Shown: positions 24,242 through 34,077 of the stretch, piece by piece
Layout: each line of letters starts with the position of its first letter
Position numbering within the stretch: the first letter of the stretch is position 1
Virus record (IMG/VR): IMGVR_UViG_3300045988_039967
Span: 1 to 56,493 of that record
Reading direction: 5' to 3' (one strand)
Source: a virus
DNA: 56,493 bases
Notes under the pieces: generated by a model
The model's input: the letters and a program-made list of their open reading frames with translations, nothing else
Databases searched by the model: none
What the model was told of the DNA's origin: nothing
Position numbers and translations under genes: made by a program

Positions 24242-25372
24242 TTATATTACTTTTAATGCTTCCGCCACTTTATTCATTTCTAACTGCTTTTGCTCTTGTG
24301 TAGTATGTACATATAAATTCATTGTTATACCTATGTTTGAATGTCCTAATATCATCTGTAATGTTTTAGGCATCATCCCAGCTTCTATACATCTCGTAGC
24401 AAACGTGTGCCTTAAAACATGCATCGAAAACTTTGGGATATTTGCCTTATCACACACTTTGTAAATTCCGGTGTCATATGTGCTGTTTTTTACCGGCGTA
24501 CCTTTTCTGCATAAAAACACTCTGTCTTTCCATTTTATATCAATAAATTTATATGAAGCATTTTTGTTTTTTTGTAATTTTAGCAGAGATACCGCTTCAT
24601 CAGTAAGTGGAATTGTCCTGTACCCTGATTTGCTTTTGGGTGGTCCCTCTCTCCACTCTCCTGTTGAATGCCTGTATTCTAAACTTCTACTAATTGTAAT
24701 TGTCTTATTCTTCCAATCAACATCTTCCCACTTTAAACCTGCAAGTTCTCCGGTTCTTAATCCTGTTTGTAAGACAAATTTATACTGATATTCATATGAC
24801 GTACCCTCGATTGCCTTACAAAACTTCTTCTGATTTTCAATGGTTAGAGCTTCTTTCTTTGATGAATCCTTGCCTATGTCGGATTTCACCATTCGATTGC
24901 ATGGATTTTTGACAATAACGCCATTCTGATATGCATAATCAAGCATGTTGTATAGTGCTATGCGTGTCTGATATATCGTTGCTGTCCTGTAATTCTCATC
25001 AGCCATATCGTTCATTATCTTTTGGCAATGAAGCGTGTTGACCTCTCGCAGTATCTTATTCCCGATAACAGGCTTTATATTGCGATTGTATCTCTCAGTG
25101 TAGTTCCTAAGCGTGTTCGGTCTTACTGTACGCTTTTTAACGCTTATCCAGTAATCAAACCAAGCACCAACTAACATATCTGATGGAAATTCTAAATTAG
25201 TATGTTCATCTGCGTATTGTTCATCAGCAAGCCATTTTCTACATTCTTGCAGCTTTGTAAACAGCTTCTGTACTCGCTTTCCGCTCCTTGAAGTATATCT
25301 GCCGACATAGTATTTGTCTTTTCTCTGGCTGATACCTTTGCCAAGTTCCTTGCCTCTTAAATCCTTTCCCAT
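24242..25372 (-). CDS. int: Tyrosine integrase
   Basis: 376 aa. C-terminal HVLRHTFATRC...LGHSNIGITMNLYVH catalytic signature. Confidence 0.9.
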   Translation of the reverse strand: MGKDLRGKELGKGISQRKDKYYVGRYTSRSGKRVQKLFTKLQECRKWLADEQYADEHTNLEFPSDMLVGAWFDYWISVKKRTVRPNTLRNYTERYNRNIKPVIGNKILREVNTLHCQKIMNDMADENYRTATIYQTRIALYNMLDYAYQNGVIVKNPCNRMVKSDIGKDSSKKEALTIENQKKFCKAIEGTSYEYQYKFVLQTGLRTGELAGLKWEDVDWKNKTITISRSLEYRHSTGEWREGPPKSKSGYRTIPLTDEAVSLLKLQKNKNASYKFIDIKWKDRVFLCRKGTPVKNSTYDTGIYKVCDKANIPKFSMHVLRHTFATRCIEAGMMPKTLQMILGHSNIGITMNLYVHTTQEQKQLEMNKVAEALKVI

Positions 25373-25456
25373 ATTATATTTTGCCCCTTTCGTTTACGAA
25401 AAAAGCCTTATGCAATTAATTATAATATCACATAAAGCTTTATAAGTCTACTTTTG

Positions 25457-25855
25457 TTAAATTTCCGTTGATTCTGCGATGTACTTTTCAAACTCTTTTC
25501 TTTTAATTAATTTGCGTTTGCCTATGTATAACACAAAATTACATCTAGGTTCACTTGTGATCTCTCGCAATTTGTTAATTCCTATATTGCTATACTCCGC
25601 TGCTTCTTCAACTGTTAATGTGACTTTTTCCCATATTGGAATTGTTTTAACCATATCGTTAGCCCTTTCTATCTTAACTTTTATATCCTTAACTCTTCTT
25701 GAAATCGTTGCTTTGGATAACATAAGCCTTTGACTAACCTGTTCTAAGCTCATATTACCTACAAGTAACTTAAATATCCTTAATTCTTCTTCTGTGAAAT
25801 TGGCGTTTTCGATTATCTTGTCAAGTTCCGGCTTAGTAAGTTCTGACAACCTCAT
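25457..25855 (-). CDS. Excisionase-type DNA-binding protein with N-terminal sigma-r4-like HTH
   Basis: ATG 25855 after AGGAG. C-terminal LTVEEAAEYSNIGINKLREI...LIKRKEFEKYI. Confidence 0.6.
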   Translation of the reverse strand: MRLSELTKPELDKIIENANFTEEELRIFKLLVGNMSLEQVSQRLMLSKATISRRVKDIKVKIERANDMVKTIPIWEKVTLTVEEAAEYSNIGINKLREITSEPRCNFVLYIGKRKLIKRKEFEKYIAESTEI

Positions 25856-25866
25856 AAGCCATGCTC

Positions 25867-26049
25867 CTAATCTTCTACCTCTATTTTGCAAAACCTCTCA
25901 TGTTTAATTAATCCATTTCTGTATCTAAAGATATACTGAAATACAGTGTTAGGTTTTACGCCTGCTTTTCTTGCCAATTCAGCGGCAGAATCTGCTACTA
26001 TTATTGGTAACTCATATTTATCTCTGCTTAATTCCAACCATAAGACCAT
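25867..26049 (-). CDS. Small HTH-like protein
   Basis: 60 aa ORF. Confidence 0.45.
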   Translation of the reverse strand: MVLWLELSRDKYELPIIVADSAAELARKAGVKPNTVFQYIFRYRNGLIKHERFCKIEVED

Positions 26050-26055
26050 CGTATT

Positions 26056-26715
26056 TTACCTCTGAGACTTTAAAAACCGATTGTCACGCCGCCAACAATG
26101 CTTGCTGTTATCTCTCTTTGAGCTTTTAGCTTTTTCATGAAACATTTGCCAACATTTTTGACATATCTGCCCTTGTGGTCTGTCAATAGGTTCTCCACAA
26201 AAGTAACATAAGTGATTTTCTCTGCGGTATTCTCTTATATTCTGCTTATTTTCGTTCCTTTTTCTATGAATGGCATTATCTTTACTCTGGCATATTACAC
26301 ACTTTGCTCTGCCTTGTGCAGCCTTTCTTTTTCCACACCTTGTACATATCCCAGCTTCCTTGCGTTCAGCATATAAGTTCCTTGAATATTCCTTGAATGT
26401 TTCACTGTATTCTTTTTGCTTATCATCACTTATCGGGTGCCTAGCTCTGTATTCTGCTTGGCGTGCCAAACATTCAGGGCACATCTTTTCATCTCCAAAT
26501 AGTTTATTTTTGCCACATTCCGGGCATATTCCAATTTTTCTAAAAAATTGCTTACTTTCTCTTCGGTAATCTGTATATTTTTTCCTGCATTCTTCACAAT
26601 AATGCGTTCTCCCTTCTTCGAGCGGTTTCCCACATCTCACACATAAGCATAACTCTTTACGCTTGTCATACAATTTTTTCCATGCCGGTATCTTTTTCTG
26701 TTCTTCCATAATCAT
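26056..26715 (-). CDS. Multi-zinc-ribbon protein
   Basis: 219 aa with about five repeated CxxC...CxxC units. Confidence 0.55.
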   Translation of the reverse strand: MIMEEQKKIPAWKKLYDKRKELCLCVRCGKPLEEGRTHYCEECRKKYTDYRRESKQFFRKIGICPECGKNKLFGDEKMCPECLARQAEYRARHPISDDKQKEYSETFKEYSRNLYAERKEAGICTRCGKRKAAQGRAKCVICQSKDNAIHRKRNENKQNIREYRRENHLCYFCGEPIDRPQGQICQKCWQMFHEKAKSSKRDNSKHCWRRDNRFLKSQR

Positions 26716-26762
26716 TAGGGAGTAAAGCTAGCTTTAATTGGTCGACCAAACCTCTTTACCTC

Positions 26763-27422
26763 CTATTTTCTTAATTTTTCAATACGTTCTTCAATGTCCT
26801 TTGGTATATCAAATATGTCTGTAGCGTCCTGTGATGCGCTCTCCTTGCTTTTTCTATCTTCAAGCATAGAGTTTATCCTTTGTAGATTTTTAGAAGTTAT
26901 TTGAGTTGAATATGAATTAGCATTATTTTTCTCAATTAAAGCTCTTACTTCCGGCGGCATCTTAGAAAGTTCCTTTGCACGACAAACCACTGTTCTGTAG
27001 CTTCTCATAAAGTTTGATTGCGTGACCGCCTTATCCTCAGCACCAAGCATAGCCCATTCTGTTAAGCATCTTGGCTGTCCTACTGCCTGTTGTACAAGCG
27101 GCGGAAGTTTTGCAAATTCCTCATCAGCACCATACAGCCCATTTCTTATAGCTTTACTTACAAGCGACCAAGCTTCAAGTTCTGTAAGCTCCTGTGGGTT
27201 CTGTATTGCGTGAAGTTTATCAACTAACTGCCCTATACTCGGCGCAAAACCGCTTGTGTCAGTAGTCGTATATGCTTTAAATGCCGCCATGACAATATTA
27301 TTATCATACTCGCTTAAACACATGAGCCACGCATTTACCGCCGCTTCTCTACTTGGTGGATTGTAGTTAGGATATACAGCCTGTGTCATGGCAAGTAATT
27401 GTCTTACTTCTGTTTCTGTCAT
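26763..27422 (-). CDS. G39P-like replicative helicase loader
   Basis: N-terminal LLAMTQAVYPNYNPP...VNAWLMCLSEYD...FAPSIGQL pattern. Confidence 0.6.
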   Translation of the reverse strand: MTETEVRQLLAMTQAVYPNYNPPSREAAVNAWLMCLSEYDNNIVMAAFKAYTTTDTSGFAPSIGQLVDKLHAIQNPQELTELEAWSLVSKAIRNGLYGADEEFAKLPPLVQQAVGQPRCLTEWAMLGAEDKAVTQSNFMRSYRTVVCRAKELSKMPPEVRALIEKNNANSYSTQITSKNLQRINSMLEDRKSKESASQDATDIFDIPKDIEERIEKLRK

Positions 27423-27425
27423 AAG

Positions 27426-28208
27426 CTACAACCCCCAACCGCCTAAAAATTCTTTTGTACTGTCTTTCTGTTTAATTTGCTGATTCAGATAGCTTTCAAA
27501 TTTAGCTCCAAACAAAGTATCTGGTCTTAAATACCTCTCCTGTTCCGTTCCAAGCCATTCATCAGATTTCTTACTGATAACTGTATAAAAGTCCTGCTCT
27601 GTATATCCTTCATTAAGCCTTGCATTAATATGTTTCTTGGTGTTAGGAGTATTGTATCTATATCTTGTATTACATTTATTATTTAGATAGTTAATAATAT
27701 TTATATATATATCTTTATTATTATCTATATTATTAATAACAGTATCAGATACAGATACAGAATCAGTATCAGAAACAGATGTTTCCATAGTCTCTGTATA
27801 CTCTATAGATACAGTATTGTTTTTCATGGAATCAACTGTATCATTAACATATTTTCTAAATTCATCGGATTTAATATGTTTAGCAACTGCCAAAACTCCT
27901 GCAAGCACCTTTTCTGATTTGCTCCAATTATACTTATACCAATGCAATATAAGCACTTCTTTAGTTTCTGAATCAAACTTAATAACCTTGTGTACCTTAT
28001 CAAACCTTTCTAATAGCCTGATAATAGTATCTTTGTTATAACCTGTCTGCCTTGTCATTTGTGAATAACTAACCTCATAGCACCCACATATATTTGTCTG
28101 TGGATTTGTTAGCAAATATATGTAGAAATACTTGTCCTCTGGCGTAAAATCATCTTCAACCTTGTTGTCAGTCCAAAAAGATAATTGAACATTTCTATAT
28201 ATTGCCAT
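27426..28208 (-). CDS. Replisome organizer (DnaD-like N-terminus plus phage conserved C-terminus)
   Basis: MAIYRNVQLSFWTD...YFYIYLLTNP. C-terminal IINYLN...RY...H...RL.EGYT..DF pattern. Confidence 0.7.
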   Translation of the reverse strand: MAIYRNVQLSFWTDNKVEDDFTPEDKYFYIYLLTNPQTNICGCYEVSYSQMTRQTGYNKDTIIRLLERFDKVHKVIKFDSETKEVLILHWYKYNWSKSEKVLAGVLAVAKHIKSDEFRKYVNDTVDSMKNNTVSIEYTETMETSVSDTDSVSVSDTVINNIDNNKDIYINIINYLNNKCNTRYRYNTPNTKKHINARLNEGYTEQDFYTVISKKSDEWLGTEQERYLRPDTLFGAKFESYLNQQIKQKDSTKEFLGGWGL

Positions 28209-28243
28209 ATCATTGCTCCTATCCTTCAAGTTCTGCCGCATTG

Positions 28244-28435
28244 TTACTTCACTAAATCGTTAATATTAACTCTGAATCCGTCAAATTCCTTGCCTTTGCT
28301 TCTGACATAGACGGATGTGTCAAAGAACATCAAGTTACCCTCTCTGTCCGTTGCCATACTTACACCATTTCTTGTAAGACTGCCTTTGAGTAGGTCAAGT
28401 AAAATCTGTATTTCCTGCTTTGTTTCGTCTTTCAT
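28244..28435 (-). CDS. Hypothetical protein
   Basis: 63 aa ORF. Confidence 0.5.
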   Translation of the reverse strand: MKDETKQEIQILLDLLKGSLTRNGVSMATDREGNLMFFDTSVYVRSKGKEFDGFRVNINDLVK

Positions 28436-29188
28436 ACTGTATCTCCTATAAAATCACTTAATCTCATTTGTGCCATTTCAGCATCTAACCTCTGCTTTGA
28501 TACCTTGTAATAGTATTCATCAAGCTCAAATCCGACAAATTTATGGTTAGTGTTATAGCAAGCTATCAAGCTACTCGCACTACCTACGTGAGTATCAAGT
28601 ATAATGTCATTAGGCTTTGCGTATCTGTTTAATAGCCACTCATATAGTGCTACAGGCTTTTGTGTTGGGTGCATTCTGTTTTCGTTAGCATTTCCTTGTG
28701 AAATATGTCTAAACATTTTTGCATTACTATTAAATGAACACCAAGCATATTCACACATCGCCATAGAGAAATCTTCTGAAATATTCTTTTTATCCCACAC
28801 AATAAAGCATCTTGTTGGTGGCAGATTAAAATAATTACCGCCCCATATAATCTGATTTTTACTAACCCTAAATAATTCTTCAAAATACTCCTCGCTTGGT
28901 GCTATATCCCAGTGTCTAATATCTTGCTTTAATTCTGCATTCCCATTAGTCTGATACTTTTTCGCCCAAGTTCCGCCTGTTCTGCAGCAATTAGAGCTAG
29001 GGATAGTCCCCACTGTCAATATGATATTTGTCGAACCACCCTCCAAATCTGCCTCGTTTTTTCTTTTCCCATTCATCGGATTGCCCCCCCCCGAATGGTG
29101 GGTCTACAATCGCAAGGTCAAAATATTTGTCGGGAAATTCTTTCATTCCTTGCATACAATCCATGTTGTAATATCCAAAATCTAACAT
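28432..29188 (-). pseudogene. DNA N6/N4 methyltransferase split by a frame change at a G9 tract
   Basis: N-terminal ORF carries the DPPF motif. The downstream ORF carries RTGGTWAKKY and ELFRVSKNQIIWGGNYF. Plus-strand C9 run at 29084-29092. Confidence 0.75.
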
Positions 29189-29255
29189 TTTGCTCTTACC
29201 AAAAGGAAACCTCGGTTTTATGTGCGCACAACCTATTCCTTTCTTTGATTTTTAG

Positions 29256-29531
29256 CTAGTTATCTTCTTTTCTTTCAAAACTCTCGCAAGACACATCAAG
29301 CAAACAACCACATTTTTCGATTTCTGTCACTCCCCAATATGTCTTGTATCTGTAAGAGTTTTTACAGTTAAAGCAGAAATCCTTGCCATTATTCAGCTTG
29401 CAACTTGTCTTTTTGTCCTCTAGCTTTTTCTCGATACTCTCGTTTATCCTTTTGAGTTCCTCGACCTTTTTCTGCGATTCCTCAAAATCTTCAATGAGTT
29501 TGTTGTATTTCTTCTTACTTAAAATCTTCAT
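29256..29531 (-). CDS. Hypothetical protein
   Basis: 91 aa ORF. Confidence 0.5.
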   Translation of the reverse strand: MKILSKKKYNKLIEDFEESQKKVEELKRINESIEKKLEDKKTSCKLNNGKDFCFNCKNSYRYKTYWGVTEIEKCGCLLDVSCESFERKEDN

Positions 29532-29532
29532 T

Positions 29533-30084
29533 TTACTTCGCTTCCTTCAACTGTTCGGCTATTTCTTTTGCAAAGAATAATATTTGTTCGTATTCTGCAT
29601 AATTTCTCTCTTTATATGCTTTTTCTAGCGTTTCTATGCTTTGCCTATAATCGTCGACAGCCTTGTTATAGCCAAATTTATAGCCACATCTATACACATT
29701 TTCTGACATTCCCTCATTTGCCCTGTACGCTTTCAATTCCTCTAACCATTCAGCTAAACGTTTGTTATCTTCTGAAATTTTAAGACAGTCCAAACCATAG
29801 TACGGACTTCTCTTTTTTAATGTTAAATTCAGCTTATGATTGTTTTTGAAACTATTTTCATTATCTCTAGCTTTTTGTATTGCTTCATCAATCGTCATTA
29901 TTACCGCTCCTTTATTTTTCTTCCTACAATGTGTTGCTCCAAACTTAGACTTGCCAACATATTCGTAACAATCAACACATTTCCATTTGCCACTCTTTTT
30001 CGGTGTATCTGAACATCCATAGTATTTATGATTCTTGTTCGGATAATCGTTCCAACAATGGCAATCATAGTCTTTGTTAGTCAT
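29533..30084 (-). CDS. Hypothetical protein
   Basis: 183 aa ORF. Confidence 0.55.
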   Translation of the reverse strand: MTNKDYDCHCWNDYPNKNHKYYGCSDTPKKSGKWKCVDCYEYVGKSKFGATHCRKKNKGAVIMTIDEAIQKARDNENSFKNNHKLNLTLKKRSPYYGLDCLKISEDNKRLAEWLEELKAYRANEGMSENVYRCGYKFGYNKAVDDYRQSIETLEKAYKERNYAEYEQILFFAKEIAEQLKEAK

Positions 30085-30430
30085 TTCTATCAGCTTTCTT
30101 AAAGAGAACTCCTCTTAAATGCTCATCAAGGTCTAATTCTATTCCGTCAATATTGCCATTTAGCTTGTTTTGACAGTGACACAATAGTATTTCAAGGTCG
30201 CAAATTCTGCCTGCTTTGTATTCATCACGAATAAAATCCAAAACCCTATTTACGCTTTCTATCCTGTACTTTACTATCTTTGAATTGTACTCAAGTCTTA
30301 TATCTGCAATTTCTTTTTCATGCTGTCTGATTTCAGCTAAATCGCACTTACAAAATTCATAATCGCTAATAAGTTTTTCCTTTGAATCTCGTGCGATTTC
30401 TTCTGCTGTATAGCCTTTAATTCCGCTCAT
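30077..30430 (-). CDS. Hypothetical protein
   Basis: 117 aa ORF. Confidence 0.55.
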   Translation of the reverse strand: MSGIKGYTAEEIARDSKEKLISDYEFCKCDLAEIRQHEKEIADIRLEYNSKIVKYRIESVNRVLDFIRDEYKAGRICDLEILLCHCQNKLNGNIDGIELDLDEHLRGVLFKKADRND

Positions 30431-31017
30431 TCGCTCCTACCTTCTTTCAACAAATCCATAAACTTCTCATACTGTTTCTGCGATACTTTGTTGTGTTTCT
30501 TATCGTCTCTAATTTCGATTTTAAGGTGTTTTTCAGCGATAGAGGATAATTCCCTCGCTAACACCTTTTTACCTTGCTGTATGCCGTCTCTGTAGCCTTT
30601 AGAGGGCTTAAATTCATTTATCTTTTCTTTGCCCTCTCCTTGACCGCCAGCTGTCTTATTATAGCGACACTGATAACCTTTCTTGGTGTACTCCAAAATC
30701 CAGTACTGTTCCCATTTATCAAGCTCATTTGCTGGATAATGAATGAAATTAAGTTTCCAGCCATAGGGATTTTCTTCACTGTAAAATCCTCTTTTCTTGA
30801 TTGATAAATCTATGTGCTGATACCCTACAAGGTGTCCACACATCCTCTGCGATAGGTGTAGTGCTTGCCCGATGTAAAAATAAGGAATATTGTTCTCGTC
30901 AACTCTGGTCAAAAAATAAATACCACTCTTATCATCAAGTTTTGGATTTATCTTTAGTAGCCTTTGTTTATTACTTTTCTCTATTGCCTTGGCTCTCGCT
31001 ATGTTCTGATAACTCAA
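30427..31017 (-). CDS. GIY-YIG nuclease-domain protein
   Basis: SGIYFLTR...YFYIGQALHLSQRMCGH. Confidence 0.65.
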   Translation of the reverse strand: MSYQNIARAKAIEKSNKQRLLKINPKLDDKSGIYFLTRVDENNIPYFYIGQALHLSQRMCGHLVGYQHIDLSIKKRGFYSEENPYGWKLNFIHYPANELDKWEQYWILEYTKKGYQCRYNKTAGGQGEGKEKINEFKPSKGYRDGIQQGKKVLARELSSIAEKHLKIEIRDDKKHNKVSQKQYEKFMDLLKEGRSE

Positions 31018-31220
31018 GAATTGCCACCTGCCTTTACTTCAAAAGGATTCACAAAATTATCAATAGGTTTAGCTTTCATATCAAAGAATGTTGGTTGCTC
31101 TTGTATATCTCTATAATCTAATACATAATTATCACATTCTTTACAATGTGATATATCTCCCGAACAATCACCATCATAATTGCAATGAAAGTTCAATTCA
31201 TCTGCGTCAATTAATCTCAT
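31014..31220 (-). CDS. Hypothetical protein
   Basis: 68 aa ORF, coupled overlaps. Confidence 0.5.
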   Translation of the reverse strand: MRLIDADELNFHCNYDGDCSGDISHCKECDNYVLDYRDIQEQPTFFDMKAKPIDNFVNPFEVKAGGNS

Positions 31221-31639
31221 TCTTCATCGCTCCAATCTAATTTTTGACCACAGTTCGGGCAGTAATCATAATCATCATAATCAACCTCATATCTCTTATC
31301 ACAGCAAGGACAAATCCAAGTATCATATATAAGCGTTCCGTCTGGAGCATATCCATCACCCTCATATGTCGGTTTCTTAGCTATCTGTTTCTCCCTAGCT
31401 TCAATCACACTCTTAAATGTAAAGCCTTTCTTAACGCATTCATCTTCAAACTGCATATAGTTTTCAAGGACTTCTGTTGTCATTTTGCGGTCAGATAGCT
31501 TCTTGATTGTTTCAAGTGCTGATATTGCATATCCGATAGCATCCATAGTTTCATAATCAGGATGCGGTTTCCAAGCGTGTTTTAAATATTCAAAGTGCTG
31601 CTTTAGTTTATTTATCGCTTCATTCTCTGTCATACTCAC
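31217..31639 (-). CDS. Hypothetical protein with C-terminal zinc ribbon
   Basis: CPCC...CPNC. Confidence 0.55.
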   Translation of the reverse strand: MSMTENEAINKLKQHFEYLKHAWKPHPDYETMDAIGYAISALETIKKLSDRKMTTEVLENYMQFEDECVKKGFTFKSVIEAREKQIAKKPTYEGDGYAPDGTLIYDTWICPCCDKRYEVDYDDYDYCPNCGQKLDWSDEE

Positions 31640-31645
31640 ACCTCT

Positions 31646-32074
31646 TTAATTAAAGGGTAATCCCTCGTCTGCCACACCATCTGGGATTGACATAAAGCTG
31701 TCTGAATTAGCATTACCGCCCATAATTCCATTGCTATTATTCTGCTGATTAGCACGACTTTCGCAAAATTCGTGTCTTTCAACAACACAATCATTAGTGT
31801 AGACTTTCTGTCCGTCCTTGTTAGTGTAGTTGCCTGTCTGCCATCTACCCTCAACAATAATCTTAGTTCCCTGATGTAAATACTTCTCTGCAAACTCTCC
31901 ATTCTTACCAAATGCAATGCAGTTAATAAAGTCTGCCGCCTGTTCGCCCTCTTTCTTAAAAGCTCTGTCAACGGCTAATGTGTACCTTGCTACTGCCATA
32001 CTTCCGTTTACTGTCTGCGAATATCTAATCTCTGGCTCTCTAGTCAGTCTCCCACATAAAATTACACGATTCAT
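31646..32074 (-). CDS. ssb: Single-stranded DNA-binding protein
   Basis: MNRVILCGRLTREPEIRY... OB fold. Acidic tail ends DEGLPF. Confidence 0.9.
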   Translation of the reverse strand: MNRVILCGRLTREPEIRYSQTVNGSMAVARYTLAVDRAFKKEGEQAADFINCIAFGKNGEFAEKYLHQGTKIIVEGRWQTGNYTNKDGQKVYTNDCVVERHEFCESRANQQNNSNGIMGGNANSDSFMSIPDGVADEGLPFN

Positions 32075-32086
32075 TACTTTTCCTCC

Positions 32087-32260
32087 TTAATTTCCTTTTA
32101 CAGGCAAAAACAAATTTATAATAAATACCACAAATAAAATTATCTTAAATGCTATGTTAATGCCTAATATACAAGCTATCCATGATATAACAAAGCTTTC
32201 TATCAAAGAGATACCTAATTTAATAAGTACAAATAATAAAATTAATAAAATATAATTCAT
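32087..32260 (-). CDS. 57-aa hydrophobic membrane peptide
   Basis: TAATG coupling to the upstream gene, two TM-like segments. Confidence 0.4.
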   Translation of the reverse strand: MNYILLILLFVLIKLGISLIESFVISWIACILGINIAFKIILFVVFIINLFLPVKGN

Positions 32261-32652
32261 TACTTTTCCTCACTTTCTAATAACTCTGGATTGTCAAAAA
32301 TGTTGCCGATAATTTCCATACTTTGAATATCTTCAGCCGCCCAATAATACAAATCTTTTCTCCGTAACCATTTAATTCTCCATCCTGATTTATCCCATAT
32401 AACTTTCGCTGTTCCGACTTTGCATCTGACAATATCATTCTCCCAAATCAGCTTACCATTCTTGTCTTTCAAACCTGTGCATTGGCAGATTGTAGATGGG
32501 TCTACTTCAAATCTTTCAGCAATATCATATAATCCGCTGTGTATTAGTTGCTCGGTGTAAATATAATGTTTTTTATTTATATATGCGTAAAATCCGATAA
32601 CCCATTCTCCGTTGTCTTTTCGCTTTGCCTTGCATAAATATCTATCTTCCAT
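32260..32652 (-). CDS. YopX-family protein
   Basis: GLKDKNGKLIWENDIV...IIGNIFDNPELL. Confidence 0.75.
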   Translation of the reverse strand: MEDRYLCKAKRKDNGEWVIGFYAYINKKHYIYTEQLIHSGLYDIAERFEVDPSTICQCTGLKDKNGKLIWENDIVRCKVGTAKVIWDKSGWRIKWLRRKDLYYWAAEDIQSMEIIGNIFDNPELLESEEK

Positions 32653-32664
32653 ATTTTCTCCTTT

Positions 32665-32949
32665 CTAATACCTTGATATTTCAATCTCACTATTCAATAT
32701 GGTATTAAGTTCCTTGCTAAGTAAATCAAGCTCCTGTTTCACCAATAATTGAGCTTCATTTATAGCAGCTATTACAGATGTACTGTTTAATTTTCTATCC
32801 AAAATACCTAGTGTTCGGCAATTCATATATAGCGTTTCTCCGCAACCGCATAGTGTGTGAACACATATATCTAATCTTTTGTTGCTACCTCTGTAGATAG
32901 TTCCTGTTTCAACTAGCTCTCCATATTTTGCATTGCTTATATACTTCAT
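32665..32949 (-). CDS. Hypothetical protein
   Basis: ATG 32949 after AGGAGAG. Confidence 0.5.
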   Translation of the reverse strand: MKYISNAKYGELVETGTIYRGSNKRLDICVHTLCGCGETLYMNCRTLGILDRKLNSTSVIAAINEAQLLVKQELDLLSKELNTILNSEIEISRY

Positions 32950-32957
32950 ATTCTCTC

Positions 32958-33299
32958 CTATTCCGCTTCTGATTGAAGCCAATCCATACAACTAGCTTCT
33001 CCCTCGTATTCTTCTCCAAATGTGTTTTTAAATCCGACAAGAAATTCTGATAGTTCTTCATCCGACATATTTCTTATCCTGTTGGCATTGGTCTGTCTGT
33101 TGTCACATCTGCAACAAGGCTCATTTTCTCTTGAATTTCTGTTATGCTGGCAGTTACAGTTATTGTTGCCATCCTGTATTTTCTGCTTATTAATCGCCTG
33201 CATTACCCATGCTTTTTTAATCAGTCCCATTTCAGATGGGATTTTTGATAACTCGCTCTTTAATCTTGACTTACTAATCAAATCGCTCATTTTCTCCAC
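32958..33299 (-). CDS. Hypothetical protein
   Basis: 113 aa ORF. Confidence 0.5.
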   Translation of the reverse strand: MEKMSDLISKSRLKSELSKIPSEMGLIKKAWVMQAINKQKIQDGNNNCNCQHNRNSRENEPCCRCDNRQTNANRIRNMSDEELSEFLVGFKNTFGEEYEGEASCMDWLQSEAE

Positions 33300-34077
33300 C
33301 TCTTAATTCTTTTAGCTTTGCTTCGGCTTCGGATTTTGTGAGGAATACTGTTTTACCAATGCCAGACAATGGAATCGCAAAATTTTTCTCACACTCTATG
33401 TAATTGCTATCCGGTCCGGTCTCATCATCAATCCATTCATGTAACCATTTTGCCTTAACCGCAATCTTCATCCAGTTTCTTTTCGCAAAACGGAATGAAA
33501 CAATTCGACCTGGGAAATATGATGGAATCTTATTATCAATGTCCTCGTAACACTCCATATCCTCTATTGGAAGTATTGTGTTATCTACATAAACTGTATC
33601 TCCCACTTTGCAAGGCAACTTGATAAGTCTGCCCTGCCCCTCTAACTGCTCATATTCCTCGTACTTGTCAACATCTTCGTTTGTAAGCAGTGCAGATTTA
33701 AAAGTATCTTTTGGAACATTAAGTGCTGAAGCGTCTTCAAATGTTTTGACTAGCCCTTCTAACAATCCATCACTTTTTCCGAATACTTTTGCAAGCCTGT
33801 TATTCAAACTCTCGTAATATATCATCGTTGCAACGAATTTACTAAGGGCACTGTCCTCTTTTTCAGTATAATTGCTGTTATAAGGCAATTTAACAAGTCT
33901 GCCCTGTTCCTCTAACCGCTGATACTCCTTTAGCTGTTCTCTATAAGCCTCTGCAAAATTTCTAAGATGTCTTATCACATCCCACTTAAACATATTCGTT
34001 TCGGCTTCCATGAGACTTTTAGCAGTCTTTATTGTTTCCTCAAAAGTCCATCCATTTATCACTTCATCAATATTCAT
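33274..34077 (-). CDS. Hypothetical protein with an internal duplicated motif
   Basis: EYQRLEEQGRLVKLP and EYEQLEGQGRLIKLP. Confidence 0.55.
   Translation of the reverse strand: MNIDEVINGWTFEETIKTAKSLMEAETNMFKWDVIRHLRNFAEAYREQLKEYQRLEEQGRLVKLPYNSNYTEKEDSALSKFVATMIYYESLNNRLAKVFGKSDGLLEGLVKTFEDASALNVPKDTFKSALLTNEDVDKYEEYEQLEGQGRLIKLPCKVGDTVYVDNTILPIEDMECYEDIDNKIPSYFPGRIVSFRFAKRNWMKIAVKAKWLHEWIDDETGPDSNYIECEKNFAIPLSGIGKTVFLTKSEAEAKLKELRGGENERFD

Noticed and set aside
31636-31971. 111-aa ORF overlapping ssb, and the 110-aa K/Q/R-rich ORF at 45007-45339 inside the tail fibre gene
   Set aside because: - They are alternative frames of clearly assigned genes (SSB, and the Ala/Ser-repeat region of the fibre).
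- Their composition is an artefact of the repeat sequence.
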